Origin: Eledone cirrhosa
Taxonomy: Eukaryota
Length of the DNA stretch: 64,000 nt
Reading direction: 5' to 3'
Assembly (NCBI GenBank): GCA_964016885.1
Contig: OZ024741.1
Location: 269,018,001-269,082,000 of the forward strand
In this document: positions 41,801-57,900 of the stretch, one piece after another
Numbering within the stretch: position 1 is the stretch's first letter
Layout of the letters: every line of letters starts with the position of its first letter
Program-made: the position numbers and the translations under genes
Notes under the pieces: generated by a model
Seen by the model: the letters and a program-made list of their open reading frames with translations, nothing else
What the model was told of the DNA's origin: nothing
Databases searched by the model: none

Positions 41801-44800
41801 GCTAAATCTCACCTAAATCTCAGCTAAATATAAGCTTAATTACACCTAAATCTAAGCTAAATCTAAGCTAAATCATAGCTAAATCTCACCTAAATCAAAG
41901 CTAAATCTAAGCTAAATCTCACCTAAATCTAAGCCAAATATAAGCTAAATCTAACCTAAATCTAAGCTAAATATAAGCTAAATCTCATCTATATCTAAGC
42001 AAAATCTAAGCTAAATCTCACCTAAATCTAAGCTAAATCTAAGCTAAATCTCACCTAAATCTCAGCTAAATCTCACCTAAATCTCAGCTAAATATAAGCT
42101 AAATCACACCTAAATCTTAGTTAAATCTAAGCTAAATCTCACCTTAATCTATTGCTAACTATAAGCTAAATCTCACCTAATTCTAAGCTAAATCTAAGCT
42201 AAATCTCACATAAATCTAAGCTAAATATACGCTAAATCTACTAATCCTAAATCTAAACTAAATCACCTGAATCTAAGCTAAATATAAGCTATATCTCACC
42301 TAAATCTAATCTAAGTTTAAGCTAAATCTCAGCTAAATCAAAGCTAAATATACTCTAAATCTGACTTAAATCTAGGCTAAATCTAAGCTAAATCTCACCT
42401 AAATCTAAGCTAAATACAAGCAAAATCTCACCTAGATCTAAGTTAAATCTAAGCTAAATCTCACCAAAATCTAAGATAAATCTAAGCTAAATCTCATCTA
42501 AATCTAAGCTAAATATAAGTTAAATCTCACCTAAATATAAGCTACATATAAGCTAAATTACACCTAAATCTACGCTAAATCTAATCTAAATCTCACCTAA
42601 ATATAGGCTAAATATAAGCTAAATATCACCTTAATCTAAGCGAAATCTAAGCTAAATCTCACCTAAATCTAAGCTAAATATAAGCTAAATCTAAGCTAAA
42701 TCTAAGATAAATCTCACCTAAATATAAGCTAAATCTAAGCTAAATCTCACCTAAATCTAAGCTAAATATAATCTAAATATCAACAAAATCTAAGCTAAAT
42801 CTCAGCTAAATCTCACCTAAATCTAAGCTAAATATAAGCGAAATCTCACTTAATTCTAAGCTTCATATAAGCTAAATCTCACCTAAATCTAAGCTAAATA
42901 TAAGCTAAATATAAGCTAAATCTCACCTAAATCTAAGCTAAATCTCACCTAAATCTCAGCTAAATATAAGCTAAATCACACATAAATCTAAGTTAAATCC
43001 AAGCTAAATCTCACATAAATCTATGCTAAATATAAGCTAAATCTCACCTAATTCTAAGCTAAATCTCACCTAAATCTAAGCTAAATATAGGTTAAATCTC
43101 ACCTAAATCTAAACTAAATCTCACCTGAATCTAAGCTATATATAAGCTAAATCTCACCTAATTCTAAGCTAAATCTAAGCTAAATCTCATCTATATCTTA
43201 GCTAAATATAAGCTAAATCTCACCTAAATATAAGCTAAATCGAAGCTAAATCTCACCTAAATCTAAGCTAAATCTAAGCTAAATCTCACCTAAATCTAAG
43301 CTAAATCTCAGCTAAATCTCAGCTAAATATAAGCTAAATCATACCTAAATCAAAGTTAAATCTAAGCTAAATCCCATCTAAATCTATCCTAAATATAAGC
43401 TAATCTAACCTAAATATAAGCTAAATATAAGCTAAATCTCACCTAAATATAAGCTAAATATAAACTAAATATAAGCTAAATCTCATCAATATCTAAGCTA
43501 AATCTAAGCTAAATCTAAGCTAATTCTAAGCCAATTCTCACCTAAATCTCAGCTAAATCTAAGCTAAATCTCATCTAAATCTAAGCTAAATATAAGCTAA
43601 ATCTCACCTAAATATAAGTTACATATAAGATAAATTACACCTAAATCTAAGCTAAATCCCAGCTAAATCTATCCTAAATACAAGCTAAATCTAACCTAAA
43701 TATAAGCTAAATATAAGCTAAATCTCACCTAAATATAAGCTAAATATAAACTAAATATAAGTTAAATCTCATCAATATCTAAGCTAAATCTACGCTAAAT
43801 CTCATCTAAATCTAAGCTAATTCTAAGCCAATTCTCACCTACATCTCAGCTAAATCTAAGCTAAATCTCATCTAAATCTAAGCTAAATATAAGCTAAATC
43901 TCACCTAAATATAAGTTACATATAAGCTAAATTACACCTAAATCTAAGCTAAATCTAAGCTAAATCTTACCTAAATATAGGCTAAATATAAGCTAAATAT
44001 CACCTTAATCTAAGCGAAATCTAAGCTAAATCTCACCTAAATCTAAGCTAAATATAAGCTAAATCTAAGCTAAATCTAAGATAAATATCACCTAAATATA
44101 AGCTAAATGTAAGCTAAATCTCACATAAATCTAAGCTAAATATGATCTAATATCAACAAAATTTAAGCTAAATCTCAGCTAAATCTCACCTAAATCTAAG
44201 CTAAATATAAGCGAAATCTCACTTAAATCTAAGCTTAATATAAGCTAAATCACAGCTAAATCTATGCTAAATATAAGCTAAATCTAACCTAAATATAAGC
44301 TAAATATAAGCTAAATATAAGCTAAATCTCATCAATATCTAAGCTAAATATAAGCTAAATCTCACCTAAATCTAAGCTAAATCTAAGCTAAATCTCACCT
44401 AAATCTAAGCTAATTCTAAGCTAAATCTCACCTAAATCTCAGCTAAATCTAAGCTAAATCTCACCTAAATCTAAGCTAAATCACAGCTAAATCTATGCTA
44501 AATATAAGCTAAATCTAACCTAAAACTAAGCTAAATATAAGCTAAATCTCACATAAATATCAGCTAAATATAAGCTAAATCTCATCTACATCTAAGCTAA
44601 ATATAAGCTAATTCTCACCTAAATCTAAGCTAAATCTAAGCTAAATCTCATCTAAATCTAAGATAAATCTAAGCTAAATCTCACCTACATCTAAGCTAAA
44701 TCTCAGCTAAGTCTCACCCAAATCTATGCTAAATATAAGCTAAATCTCACATAATTCTAAGCTTAATCTAAGCTAAATCTCACCTAAATCTCAGCTAAAT

Positions 44801-45743
44801 CTCAGCTAAATCTCAGCTAAATATAAGCTAAATCACACCTAAATCTAAGTTAAATCTAAGCTAAATCACAGCTAAATCTATGCTAAATTTAAGCTAAATC
44901 TAACCTAAATCTAAGATAAATATAAGATAAATCTCACCTAAATATAAGCTAAATATAAGCTAAATATAAGCTAAATCTCATCAATATCTAAGCTAAATAT
45001 AAGCTAAATCTCACCTAAATCTAAGCTAAATCTAAGCTAAATCTCACCTAAATCTAAGCTAATTCTAAGCTAAATCTCACCTAAATCTCAGCTAAATCTA
45101 AGCTAAATCTCACCTAAATCTAAGCTAAATCACAGCTAAATCTATGCTAAATATAAGCTAAATCTAACCTAAAACTAAGCTAAATATAAGCTAAATCTCA
45201 CATAAATATCAGCTAAATATAAGCTAAATCTCATCTACATCTAAGCTAAATATAAGCTAATTCTCACCTAAATCTAAGCTAAATCTAAGCTAAATCTCAT
45301 CTAAATCTAAGATAAATCTAAGCTAAATCTCACCTACATCTAAGCTAAATCTCAGCTAAGTCTCACCCAAATCTATGCTAAATATAAGCTAAATCTCACA
45401 TAATTCTAAGCTTAATCTAAGCTAAATCTCACCTAAATCTCAGCTAAATCTCAGCTAAATCTCAGCTAAATATAAGCTAAATCACACCTAAATCTAAGTT
45501 AAATCTAAGCTAAATCACAGCTAAATCTATGCTAAATTTAAGCTAAATCTAACCTAAATCTAAGATAAATATAAGATAAATCTCACCTAAATATAAGCTA
45601 AATATAAGCTAAATATAAGATAAATCTCATCTATATTTAAGCTAAATATAAGCTAAATCTCACCTAACTCTAAGCTAAATCTAAGCTAAATCTCACCTAA
45701 ATCTAAGCTAAATCTAAGCTAAATCTCACCTAAATTTCAGCTA

Positions 45744-45943
45744 NNNNNNNNNNNNNNNNNNNNNNNNNNNNNNNNNNNNNNNNNNNNNNNNNNNNNNNNN
45801 NNNNNNNNNNNNNNNNNNNNNNNNNNNNNNNNNNNNNNNNNNNNNNNNNNNNNNNNNNNNNNNNNNNNNNNNNNNNNNNNNNNNNNNNNNNNNNNNNNNN
45901 NNNNNNNNNNNNNNNNNNNNNNNNNNNNNNNNNNNNNNNNNNN
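45744..45943. other. Assembly gap (200 N)
   Basis: Run of N. Confidence 1.
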
Positions 45944-48900
45944 AAGCTAAATATAAGCTAAATCTAACCTAAATCTAAGCTAAATATAAGCTAAATCTCA
46001 CCTAAATCTAAGTTAAATATAAGCTAAATCTCATCTATATCTAAGCTAAATCTAAGCTAAATCTCACCTAAATCTAAGCTAAATCTAAACTGAATCTCAC
46101 CTAACTCTAAGCTAAATCTAAGCTTAATCTCACCTAAATCTAAGCTAAATACAAGCAAATCACATTAAAATCTAAGTTAAATCTAATCTAAATCTCAGCT
46201 TAATCTAGGCTAAATCTAAGCTAAATCTCACCTAAATCTAAGCTAAATCTCATCTAAATCTAAGCTAAATATAAGCTAAATTTCACCTAAATATAAGATA
46301 AATATAACCTAAATTACACCTAAATCTAAAATAAATCTAAGCTAAATCTCACTGAAATATAAGTTAAATATAAGATAAATCTCACCTTAATCTAAGCGAA
46401 ATCTAAGCTAAATCTCACCTAAATCTAAGCTAAATATAAGCTAAATCTCAGCTAAATCTCACCTAAATCTAAGCTAAATATAATCTAAATCTCAACTAAA
46501 TCTAAGCTAAATCTCACCTAAATCTATGCTAAATATCAGCTAAATCTCAGCTAAATCTAAACTAAATCTAAGCTAAATATAGTCTAAAACTCACCTCAAT
46601 CTAAGCTAAATCTAAGCTAAATATCACCTAATTATAAGCTCAATCTAAGCTAAATGTCACCTAAAGCTAAGCTAAATCTAAGCTAAATTTCACCTAAATC
46701 TAAACTACATCTAAGCTAAATCTCACCTAAATCAAAGCTAAATCTAAGCTAAATCTCATCTGAATCTAAGCTAAATATAAGCTAAATCGAAATTAAATCT
46801 AAGCTACATATCAGCTAAATATAAGCTAAATATAAGCTAAATCTAACCTAAATCTAAGCTAAATATAAGCTAAATCTCACCTAAATCTAAGTTAAATCTA
46901 TGCTAAATCTCACCTTAATATAAGCTTAATCTAATCTAAATCTCACGTAAATCTAAGCTAAATGTCATCTAAATCTAAGCTAAATATAAGCTAAATTTCA
47001 CCTAAATATAAGCTATATATAATCTAAATTACACCTAAATCCAAGCTAAATCTAACTAAATCTCACCTGAATATAAGCTAAATATAAGCTAAATCTCACC
47101 TTAATATAAGCGAAATCTAAGCTAAATCTCACCTAAAGCTAAGCTAAATATTAGCTAAATCTAAGCTAAATCTCACCTAAATCTAAGCTAAGTATAATCA
47201 AAATCTCAACTAAATCTAAGCTAAATATAAGCTAAATCTCACCTAAATCTAAGCTAAATATAAGCGAAATCTAACCTAAATCTAAGCTAAATATAGGCTA
47301 AATCTCATCTAAATCTAAGCTAAATATAAGCTAAATCTCACCTACATCTAAGCAAAATCTCAGCTAAATCTAAGCTAAATATACGCTAAATCTCACCTAA
47401 ATCTATGCTAAATATAAGCTAAATCTCACCTAAATCTAAGTTAAATCTAAGCTAAATCTCACCTTAATATAAGCTATATCTAAGCTAAATCTCCCCCAAA
47501 TCTAAGCTAAATCTCATCTAAATATAAGCTAAATATAAGCTAAATTTCACCTAAATATAAGCTATATATAATCTAAATTACACCTAAATCTAAGCTAAAT
47601 CTAACTAAATCTCACCTTAATATAAGCGAAATCTAAGCTAAATCTCATCTAAATATTAGCTAAATCTAAGCTAAATCTCACCTAAATCTAAGATAAGTAT
47701 AATCTAAATCTCACCTAAATCTATGCTAAATAGAAGCGAAATCTCACCTAAATCTAAGCTAAATATAAGCTAAATGTCACCTAAATCTAAGCTAAATCTC
47801 ATCTAAATCTAAGCCAAATATAAGCTAAATTTCAGCTAAATATAAGCTATAAATAATCTAAATTACACCTAAATCTAAGCTAAATCTAACTAAATCTCAC
47901 CTGAATATAAGCTAAATATAAGCTAAATCTCACCTTAATATTAGAGAAATCTAAGCTAAATCTCACCTAAAGCTAAGCTAAATATTAGCTAAATCTAAGC
48001 TAAATCTCACCTAAATCTAAGCTAAGTATAATCAAAATCTCAACTAAATCTAAGCTAAATATAAGCTAAATCTCACCTAAATCTAAGCTAAATATAGGCT
48101 AAATCTCACCTAAATCTAAGCTAAATATAAGCTAAATCCAACCCAAGTCTAAGATAAATCTCATCTAAATCTAAGCTATATATATAAGCTAAATATAAGC
48201 TATATATAATCTAAATATAAGCTATATATAAGCTAAATCTCACCTAAATCTAAGCTAAATCTAACAAAATCTCACCTTAATATAAGCGAATTCTAAGCTA
48301 AATCTCATGTAAATATTAGCTAAATCTAAGCTAAATCTCAACTAAATATAAGCTAAGTATAATCTAAATCTCAACTAAATCTAAGCTAAGTCTCAGATAA
48401 ATCTCACCTAAATCTCAGCTAAATAGAAGCGAAATCTAACCTAAATCTAAGCTAAATATAGGCTAAATCTCACCTAAATCTAAGCTAAATATAAGCTAAA
48501 TCTCAAATAAATCTAAGCTAAATCTCATCTAAATCTAAGCTAAATATAAGCTAAATGTCACCAAAATCTATGCTAAATATAAGACAAATCTCAGCTAAAT
48601 CTAAACTAAATCTAAGCTAAATCTCGCCTAAATCTAAGCTAAATATAGGCTAAAACTCACATAAATCTAAGCTAAATGTAACCTAAATCTGACCTCAATC
48701 TAAGCTAACTCTAAGCTAAATCTCACCTGAATCTAAGCTAAATCTAAGCTAAATCTCACCTAAATTTCAACTAAATATAAGCTAAATCACACCTTAATCT
48801 AAACTAAATCTAAGCTAAATCTCAGCTAAATCTAAGCTAAATATACGCTAAATCTCACCTAAATCGACGCTAAATCTAAGCTAAATCTGACCTAAATCTA

Positions 48901-51900
48901 AACTAAATCTAAGCTAAATCTCACCTAAATCTAAGCTAAATATAAGCTAAATCTAACCTAAATATAAGCTAAATATAAGCTAAATCTCACCTAAATCTAG
49001 GTTAAATCTAAGCTACATATAAGCTAAATCTTAGCTAAATCTCACCTAAATCTAAGCTAAGTATAATCTAAATCTCAACTAAATCTAAGCTAAATCTCTG
49101 TTAAATCTCACCTAAATCTCAGCTAAATATAAGCGAAATCTCACCTAAATCTAAGCTAAATATAGGCTAAATCTCACCTAAATCTAAGCTAAATATAAAC
49201 TACATCTCACTAAATCTAAGCTAAATCTCACCTAAAACTAAGCTAAATATAGTCTAAAACTCACATAAATCTAAGCTAAATCTAACCTAAATCTCACCTC
49301 AATCTAAGCTAAATCTAAGCTAAATCTCAACTAATTATAAGCTAAATCAAAGCTAAATGTCACCTAAATCTAAGCTAAATCTAAGCTAAATCTGACCTAA
49401 ATCTAAGCTAAATATAAGCTAAATCTGACCTAAATCTATGCTAAATATAAGCTAAATATAAGCGAAATCTAACCTAAATCTTAGCTTAGTATAGGCTAAA
49501 TCTCACCTAAATCTAAGCTAAATCTCATCTTAATCTAAGCTAAATATAATCTAAATCTCACCTAAATCTATGCTAAATATAAGCTAAATCTCAGCTAAAT
49601 CTAAACTAAATCTAAGCTCAATCTCACCTAAATCTAAGCTAAATATAGGCTAAAACTCACATAAATCTAAGCTAAATGTAACTTAAATCTCACTTCAATC
49701 TAAGCTAAATCTAAGCTAAATCTCACCTGAATCTAAGCTAAATCTCATCTAAATCTAAGCTAAATATAAGCTAAATTTCACCTAAATATAAGCTAAATAT
49801 AATCTAAATTACACCTAAATCTAACCTAAATATAAGCTAAATATAAGCTAGACCTCACCTTAATCTAAGCAAAATATAGGCTAAATCTCACCTAAATCTA
49901 AGCTAAGTATAAGCTAAATCTGAGCTAAATCTCACCTAAATTTAAGCTAAATATAATCTAAATCTCAGCTAAATCTAAACTAAATCTAAGCTAAATCTCA
50001 CCTAAATCTAAGCTAAATATAGACTAAAACTCACATAAATCTAAGCTAAAAGTAACCTAAATCTCACCTCAATCTAAGCTAAATCTAAGCTAAATCTCAC
50101 CTGAATCTAATCTAAATATAAGCTAAATCTAACCTAAATCGAAACTAAATCTAAGCTAAATGTCAGCTAATCTAAGCTAAATATACCCTAAATCTGACCT
50201 AAATCTAGGCTAAATCTAAGCTAAATCTCACCTAAATCTGAGGTAAATCTCAGCCAAATCTCACCTAAATTTCAGCTAAATATAAGCTAAATCACACCTA
50301 AATCAAAACTAAATCTAAGCTAAATCTCACCTAAATCTAAACTAAATATAAGCTAAATCTCACCTAAATCTAAGCTAAATATAAACTAAATCTAATCTAA
50401 ATATAAGCTAAATATAAGCTAAATCTCACCTTAATCTAAGTTAAATATAAGCTAAATCTCATCTATATCTAAGCTAAATCTAAGCTAAATCTCACCTAAA
50501 TCTCACCTAAATCTAAGCTAAATATAATCTAAATCTCATCTAAATCTATAGCTAAATCTCAGCTAAATCTCAGCTAAATCTCACCTAAATCTAAGCTAAA
50601 TATAAGCTAAATCAGACCTAAATCTAAAACAAAATCTAAGCTAAATCTCAGCTAAATCTAAGCTAAATATACGCTAAATATTCACCTAAATCTACGCTAA
50701 ATCTAAACTAAATCTCACCTAAATCTAAACTAAATCTAAGCTAAATCTCACCTAAATCTTATGTAAATATAAGCTAAAACTAACCTAAATCTAAGCTAAA
50801 TATAAGCTAAATCTCACCTAAATCTAAGTTAAATATAAGCTAAATCTCATCTATATCTAAGCTAAATCTAAGCTAAATCTCACCTAAATCTAAGCTAAAT
50901 CTAAGCTAAATCTAAGCTAAATCTCACCTAAATCTAAGCTAAATCTAAGCTAAATCTGACTAAATCTCACCTTAATATAAGCGAAATCTAAGCTAAATCT
51001 CATCTAAATATTAGCTAAATCTAAGCTAAATCTCACCTAAATATAAGCTAAGTATAATCTAAATCTCAACTAAATCTAAGCTAAATCTCAGATAAATCTC
51101 ACCTAAATCTAAGCTAAATATAGGCTAAATCTCACCTAAATCTAAGCTAAATATAAGCTAAATCTCACCTAAATCTAAGCTAAATCTCATCTAAATCTAA
51201 GCTAAATATAAGCTAAATGTCACCAAATCTATGCTAAATATAAGACAAATCTCAGCTAAATCGAAACTAAATCTAAGCTAAATCTCGCCTAAATCTAAGC
51301 TAAATATAGGCTAAAACTCACATAATCTAAGCTAAATGTAACCTGAATCTGACCTCAATCTAAGCTAAATCTAAGCTAAATCTAACCTGAATCTAAGCTA
51401 AATCTAAGCTAAATCTCACCTAAATTTCAGCTAAATATAAGCTAAATCACACCTTAATCTAAACTAAATCTAAGGTAAATCTCAGCTAAATCTAAGCTAA
51501 ATATACGCTAAATCTCACCTAAATCTACGCTAAATCTAAGCTAAATCTGACCTAAATCTAAACTAAATCTAAGCTAAATCTCACCTAAATCTAAGCTAAA
51601 TATAAGCTAAATCTAACCTAAATCTAAGCTAAATATAAGCTAAATCTAACCTAAATCTCACCTAAATCTAAGTCGAATATAAACTAAATCTCAACTATAT
51701 CTAAGCTAAATCTAAGCTAAATCTGACCTAAATCTAAGCTACATATAAGCTAAATCTAAGCTAAATCTCACCTAAATCTAAGCTAAATATAATCTAAATC
51801 TCACCTAAATCTAAGCTAAATCTCAGTTAAATCTCACCTAAATCTAAGCTAAATATAAGCGAAATCTCACCTAAATCTAAGCTAAATATAGGCTAAATCT

Positions 51901-54900
51901 CACCTAAATCTAAGCTAAATATAAACTACATCTGACTAAATCTAAGCTAAATCTCACCTAACTCTAAGCTAAATATAAGCTAAATCTGACCTAAATCTAT
52001 GCTAAATATAAGCTAAATATAAGCGAAATCTAACCTAAATCTAAGCTAAATATAGGCTAAATCTCACCTAAATCTAAGCTAAATCTCATCTAAATCTAAG
52101 CTAAATATAATCTAAATCTCACCTAAATCTATGCTAAATATAAGCTAAATCTCAGCTAAATCTAAACTAAATCTAAGCTCAATCTCACCTAAATCTAAGC
52201 TAAATATAGGCTAAAACTCACATAAATCTAAGCTAAATGTAACTTAAATCTCACCTCAATCTAAGCTAAATCTAAGCTAAATCTCACCTGAATCTAAGCT
52301 AAATCTCATCTAAATCTAAGCTAAATATAAGCTGAATTTCAACTACATATAAGCTAAATATAATCTAAATTACACCTAAATCTAAGCTAAATCTAACTAA
52401 ATCTAACCTAAATATAAGCTAAATATAAGCTAGACCTCACCTTAATCTAAGCAAAATCTAAGCTAAATCTCACCTAAATCTAAGCTAAATATAAGCTAAA
52501 TCTGAGCTAAATCTCACCTAAATCTAAGCTAAATATAATCTAAATCTCAGCTAAATCTAAACTAAATCTAAGCTAAATCTCACCTAAATCTAAGCTAAAT
52601 ATAGACTAAAACTCACATAAATCTAAGCTAAAAGTAACCTAAATCTCACCTCAATCTAAGCTAAATCTAAGCTAAATCTCACCTGAATCTAATCTAAATA
52701 TAAGCTAAATCTCACCTAAATCGAAACTAAATCTAAGCTAAATTTCAGCTAAATCTAAGCTAAATATACCCTAAATCTGACCTAAATCTAGTCTAAATCT
52801 AAGCTAAATCTCACCTAAATCTGAGCTAAATCTCAGCCAAATCTCACCTAAATTGGATCTAAATATAAGCTAAATCACACCTAAATCTAAACTAAATCTA
52901 AGCTAAATCTCAGCTAAATCTAAGCTAAATATACGCTAAATCTCACCTAAATCTACGCTAAATCTAAGCTAAATCTCACCTAAATCTAAACTAAATCTAA
53001 GATAAATCTCACCTAAATCTAAGCTAAATATAAGCTAAATCTAACATAAATCTATGCTAAATGTAAGCTAAATCTCACCTAAATCTAAGTTAAATATAAG
53101 CTAAATCTCATCTATATCTAAGCTAAATCTAAGCTAAACCTCACCTAAATCTAAGCTAAATCTCACCTTAATCTAGGCTAAATCTCAGCTAAATATCAGC
53201 TAAATCTCAGCCAAATCTCACCTAAATTTCAGCTAAATATAAGCTAAATCACACCTAAACCTAAACTAAATCTAAGCTAAATCTCACCTAAATCTAAACT
53301 AAATATGAGCTAAATCTCACCTAAATCTAAGTTAAATCTAAGCTAAATCTCACCTAAATCTAAGCTAAATCTAAGCTAAATCTCACCTAAATCTCACCTA
53401 AATCTAAGCTAAATATAATCTAAATCTCATCTAAATCTAAGCTAAATCTCAGCTAAATCTCACCTAAATCTAAGCTAAATATAAGCTAAATCACACCTAA
53501 ATCAAAACTAAATCTAAGCTAAATCTCACCTAAATCTAAACTAAATATAAGCTAAATCTCACCTAAATCTAAGCTAAATATAAACTAAATCTAATCTAAA
53601 TATAAGCTAAATATAAGCTAAATCTCACCTTAATCTAAGTTAAATATAAGCTAAATCTCATCTATATCTAAGCTAAATCTAAGCTAAATCTCACCTAAAT
53701 CTCACCTAAATCTAAGCTAAATATAATCTAAATCTCATCTAAATCTATAGCTAAATCTCAGCTAAATCTCAGCTAAATCTCACCTAAATCTAAGCTAAAT
53801 ATAAGCTAAATCAGACCTAAATCTAAAACAAATCTAAGCTAAATCTCAGCTAAATCTAAGCTAAATATACGCTAAATATTCACCTAAATCTACGCTAAAT
53901 CTAAACTAAATCTCACCTAAATCTAAACTAAATCTAAGCTAAATCTCACCTAAATCTTATGTAAATATAAGCTAAAACTAACCTAAATCTAAGCTAAATA
54001 TAAGCTAAATCTCACCTAAATCTAAGTTAAATATAAGCTAAATCTCATCTATATCTAAGCTAAATCTAAGCTAAATCTCACCTAAATCTAAGCTAAATCT
54101 AAGCTAAATCTAAGCTAAATCTCACCTAAATCTAAGCTAAATCTAAGCTAAATCTGACTAAATCTCACCTTAATATAAGCGAAATCTAAGCTAAATCTCA
54201 TCTAAATATTAGCTAAATCTAAGCTAAATCTCACCTAAATATAAGCTAAGTATAATCTAAATCTCAACTAAATCTAAGCTAAATCTCAGATAAATCTCAC
54301 CTAAATCTAAGCTAAATATAGGCTAAATCTCACCTAAATCTAAGCTAAATATAAGCTAAATCTCACCTAAATCTAAGCTAAATCTCATCTAAATCTAAGC
54401 TAAATATAAGCTAAATGTCACCAAAATCTATGCTAAATATAAGACAAATCTCAGCTAAATCGAAACTAAATCTAAGCTAAATCTCGCCTAAATCTAAGCT
54501 AAATATAGGCTAAAACTCACATAAATCTAAGCTAAATGTAACCTGAATCTGACCTCAATCTAAGCTAAATCTAAGCTAAATCTAACCTGAATCTAAGCTA
54601 AATCTAAGCTAAATCTCACCTAAATTTCAGCTAAATATAAGCTAAATCACACCTTAATCTAAACTAAATCTAAGGTAAATCTCAGCTAAATCTAAGCTAA
54701 ATATACGCTAAATCTCACCTAAATCTACGCTAAATCTAAGCTAAATCTGACCTAAATCTAAACTAAATCTAAGCTAAATCTCACCTAAATCTAAGCTAAA
54801 TATAAGCTAAATCTAACCTAAATCTAAGCTAAATATAAGCTAAATCTAACCTAAATCTCACCTAAATCTAAGTCGAATATAAACTAAATCTCAACTATAT

Positions 54901-57900
54901 CTAAGCTAAATCTAAGCTAAATCTGACCTAAATCTAAGCTACATATAAGCTAAATCTAAGCTAAATCTCACCTAAATCTAAGCTAAATATAATCTAAATC
55001 TCACCTAAATCTAAGCTAAATCTCAGTTAAATCTCACCTAAATCTAAGCTAAATATAAGCGAAATCTCACCTAAATCTAAGCTAAATATAGGCTAAATCT
55101 CACCTAAATCTAAGCTAAATATAAACTACATCTGACTAAATCTAAGCTAAATCTCACCTAACTCTAAGCTAAATATAAGCTAAATCTGACCTAAATCTAT
55201 GCTAAATATAAGCTAAATATAAGCGAAATCTAACCTAAATCTAAGCTAAATATAGGCTAAATCTCACCTAAATCTAAGCTAAATCTCATCTAAATCTAAG
55301 CTAAATATAATCTAAATCTCACCTAAATCTATGCTAAATATAAGCTAAATCTCAGCTAAATCTAAACTAAATCTAAGCTCAATCTCACCTAAATCTAAGC
55401 TAAATATAGGCTAAAACTCACATAAATCTAAGCTAAATGTAACTTAAATCTCACCTCAATCTAAGCTAAATCTAAGCTAAATCTCACCTGAATCTAAGCT
55501 AAATCTCATCTAAATCTAAGCTAAATATAAGCTGAATTTCAACTAAATATAAGCTAAATATAATCTAAATTACACCTAAATCTAAGCTAAATCTAACTAA
55601 ATCTAACCTAAATATAAGCTAAATATAAGCTAGACCTCACCTTAATCTAAGCAAAATCTAAGCTAAATCTCACCTAAATCTAAGCTAAATATAAGCTAAA
55701 TCTGAGCTAAATCTCACCTAAATCTAAGCTAAATATAATCTAAATCTCAGCTAAATCTAAACTAAATCTAAGCTAAATCTCACCTAAATCTAAGCTAAAT
55801 ATAGACTAAAACTCACATAAATCTAAGCTAAAAGTAACCTAAATCTCACCTCAATCTAAGCTAAATCTAAGCTAAATCTCACCTGAATCTAATCTAAATA
55901 TAAGCTAAATCTCACCTAAATCGAAACTAAATCTAAGCTAAATTTCAGCTAAATCTAAGCTAAATATACCCTAAATCTGACCTAAATCTAGTCTAAATCT
56001 AAGCTAAATCTCACCTAAATCTGAGCTAAATCTCAGCCAAATCTCACCTAAATTGGATCTAAATATAAGCTAAATCACACCTAAATCTAAACTAAATCTA
56101 AGCTAAATCTCAGCTAAATCTAAGCTAAATATACGCTAAATCTCACCTAAATCTACGCTAAATCTAAGCTAAATCTCACCTAAATCTAAACTAAATCTAA
56201 GATAAATCTCACCTAAATCTAAGCTAAATATAAGCTAAATCTAACATAAATCTATGCTAAATGTAAGCTAAATCTCACCTAAATCTAAGTTAAATATAAG
56301 CTAAATCTCATCTATATCTAAGCTAAATCTAAGCTAAACCTCACCTAAATCTAAGCTAAATCTCACCTTAATCTAGGCTAAATCTCAGCTAAATATCAGC
56401 TAAATCTCAGCCAAATCTCACCTAAATTTCAGCTAAATATAAGCTAAATCACACCTAAACCTAAACTAAATCTAAGCTAAATCTCACCTAAATCTAAACT
56501 AAATATGAGCTAAATCTCACCTAAATCTAAGTTAAATCTAAGCTAAATCTCACCTAAATCTAAGCTAAATCTAAGCTAAATCTCACCTAAATCTCACCTA
56601 AATCTAAGCTAAATATAATCTAAATCTCATCTAAATCTAAGCTAAATCTCAGCTAAATCTCACCTAAATCTAAGCTAAATATAAGCTAAATCACACCTAA
56701 ATCTAAACTAAATCTAAGCTAAATCTCAGCTAAATCTAAGCTAAATATACGCTAAATCTCACCTAAATCTACGCTAAATCTAAACTAAATCTAACCTAAA
56801 TCTAAGCTAAATATAAGCTAAATCTCACCTAAATCTAAGTTAAATATAAGCTAAATCTCATCTATATCTAAGCTAAATCTAAGCTAAATCTCACCTAAAT
56901 CTAAGCTAAATCTTAGTTAAATCTCACCTAAATCTAAGCTAAATCTAAGCTAAATCTAACCTAAATCAAAGCTAAATACAGGCAAAATCTCACCTAAATC
57001 AAAGTTAAATCTAAGCTAAATCTCACCTTAATCTAGGCTAAATCTAAGCTAAATCTCACCTAAATCTAAGCTAAATCTCATCTAAATCTAAGCTAAATAT
57101 AAGCTAAATTTCACATAAATATAAGCTAAATATAATCTAAATTACACCTAAATCTAAACTAAATCTAAGCTAAATCTCACTGAAATATAAGCTAAATATA
57201 AGATAAATCTCACCTTAATCTAAGCGAAATCTAAGCTAAATCTCACCTAAATCTAAGCTAAATATAAACTAAATCTCAGCTAAATCTCACCTAAATCTAA
57301 GCTAAATATAATCTAAATCTCAACTAAATCTAAGCTAAATCTCAGCTAAATCTAAGCTAAATATAAGCTAAATCTCACCTAAATCTATGCTAAATATCAG
57401 CTAAATCTCAGCTAAATCTAAACTAAATCTAAGCTAAATATAGTCTAAAACTCACATAAATCTAAGCTAAATGTAACCTAAATCTCACCTCAATCTAAGC
57501 AGAATCTAAGCTAAATCTCACCTAATTATAAGCTGAATCTAAGCTAAATCTCACCTAAATCTAAGCTAAATCCAAGCTAAATGTCACCTAAATCTAAACT
57601 ACATCTAAGCTAAATCTCACCTAAATCTAAGCTAAATCTGAGCTAAATCTCAACTAAATCTAAGCTAAATATAAGCTAAATCTGACCTAAATCTATGCTA
57701 AATATAAGCTAAATCTAAACTAGATCTCACATAAATCTAAGCTAAATATAGTCTAAAATTCACATAAATCTAAGCTAAATATAAGCTAAATCTGACCTAA
57801 ATCGAAGCTAAATATAAGCTAAATATAAGCGAAATCTAACCTAAATCTAAGCTAAATATAGGCTAAATCTCACCTAAATCTAAGCTAAATCTCATCTAAA

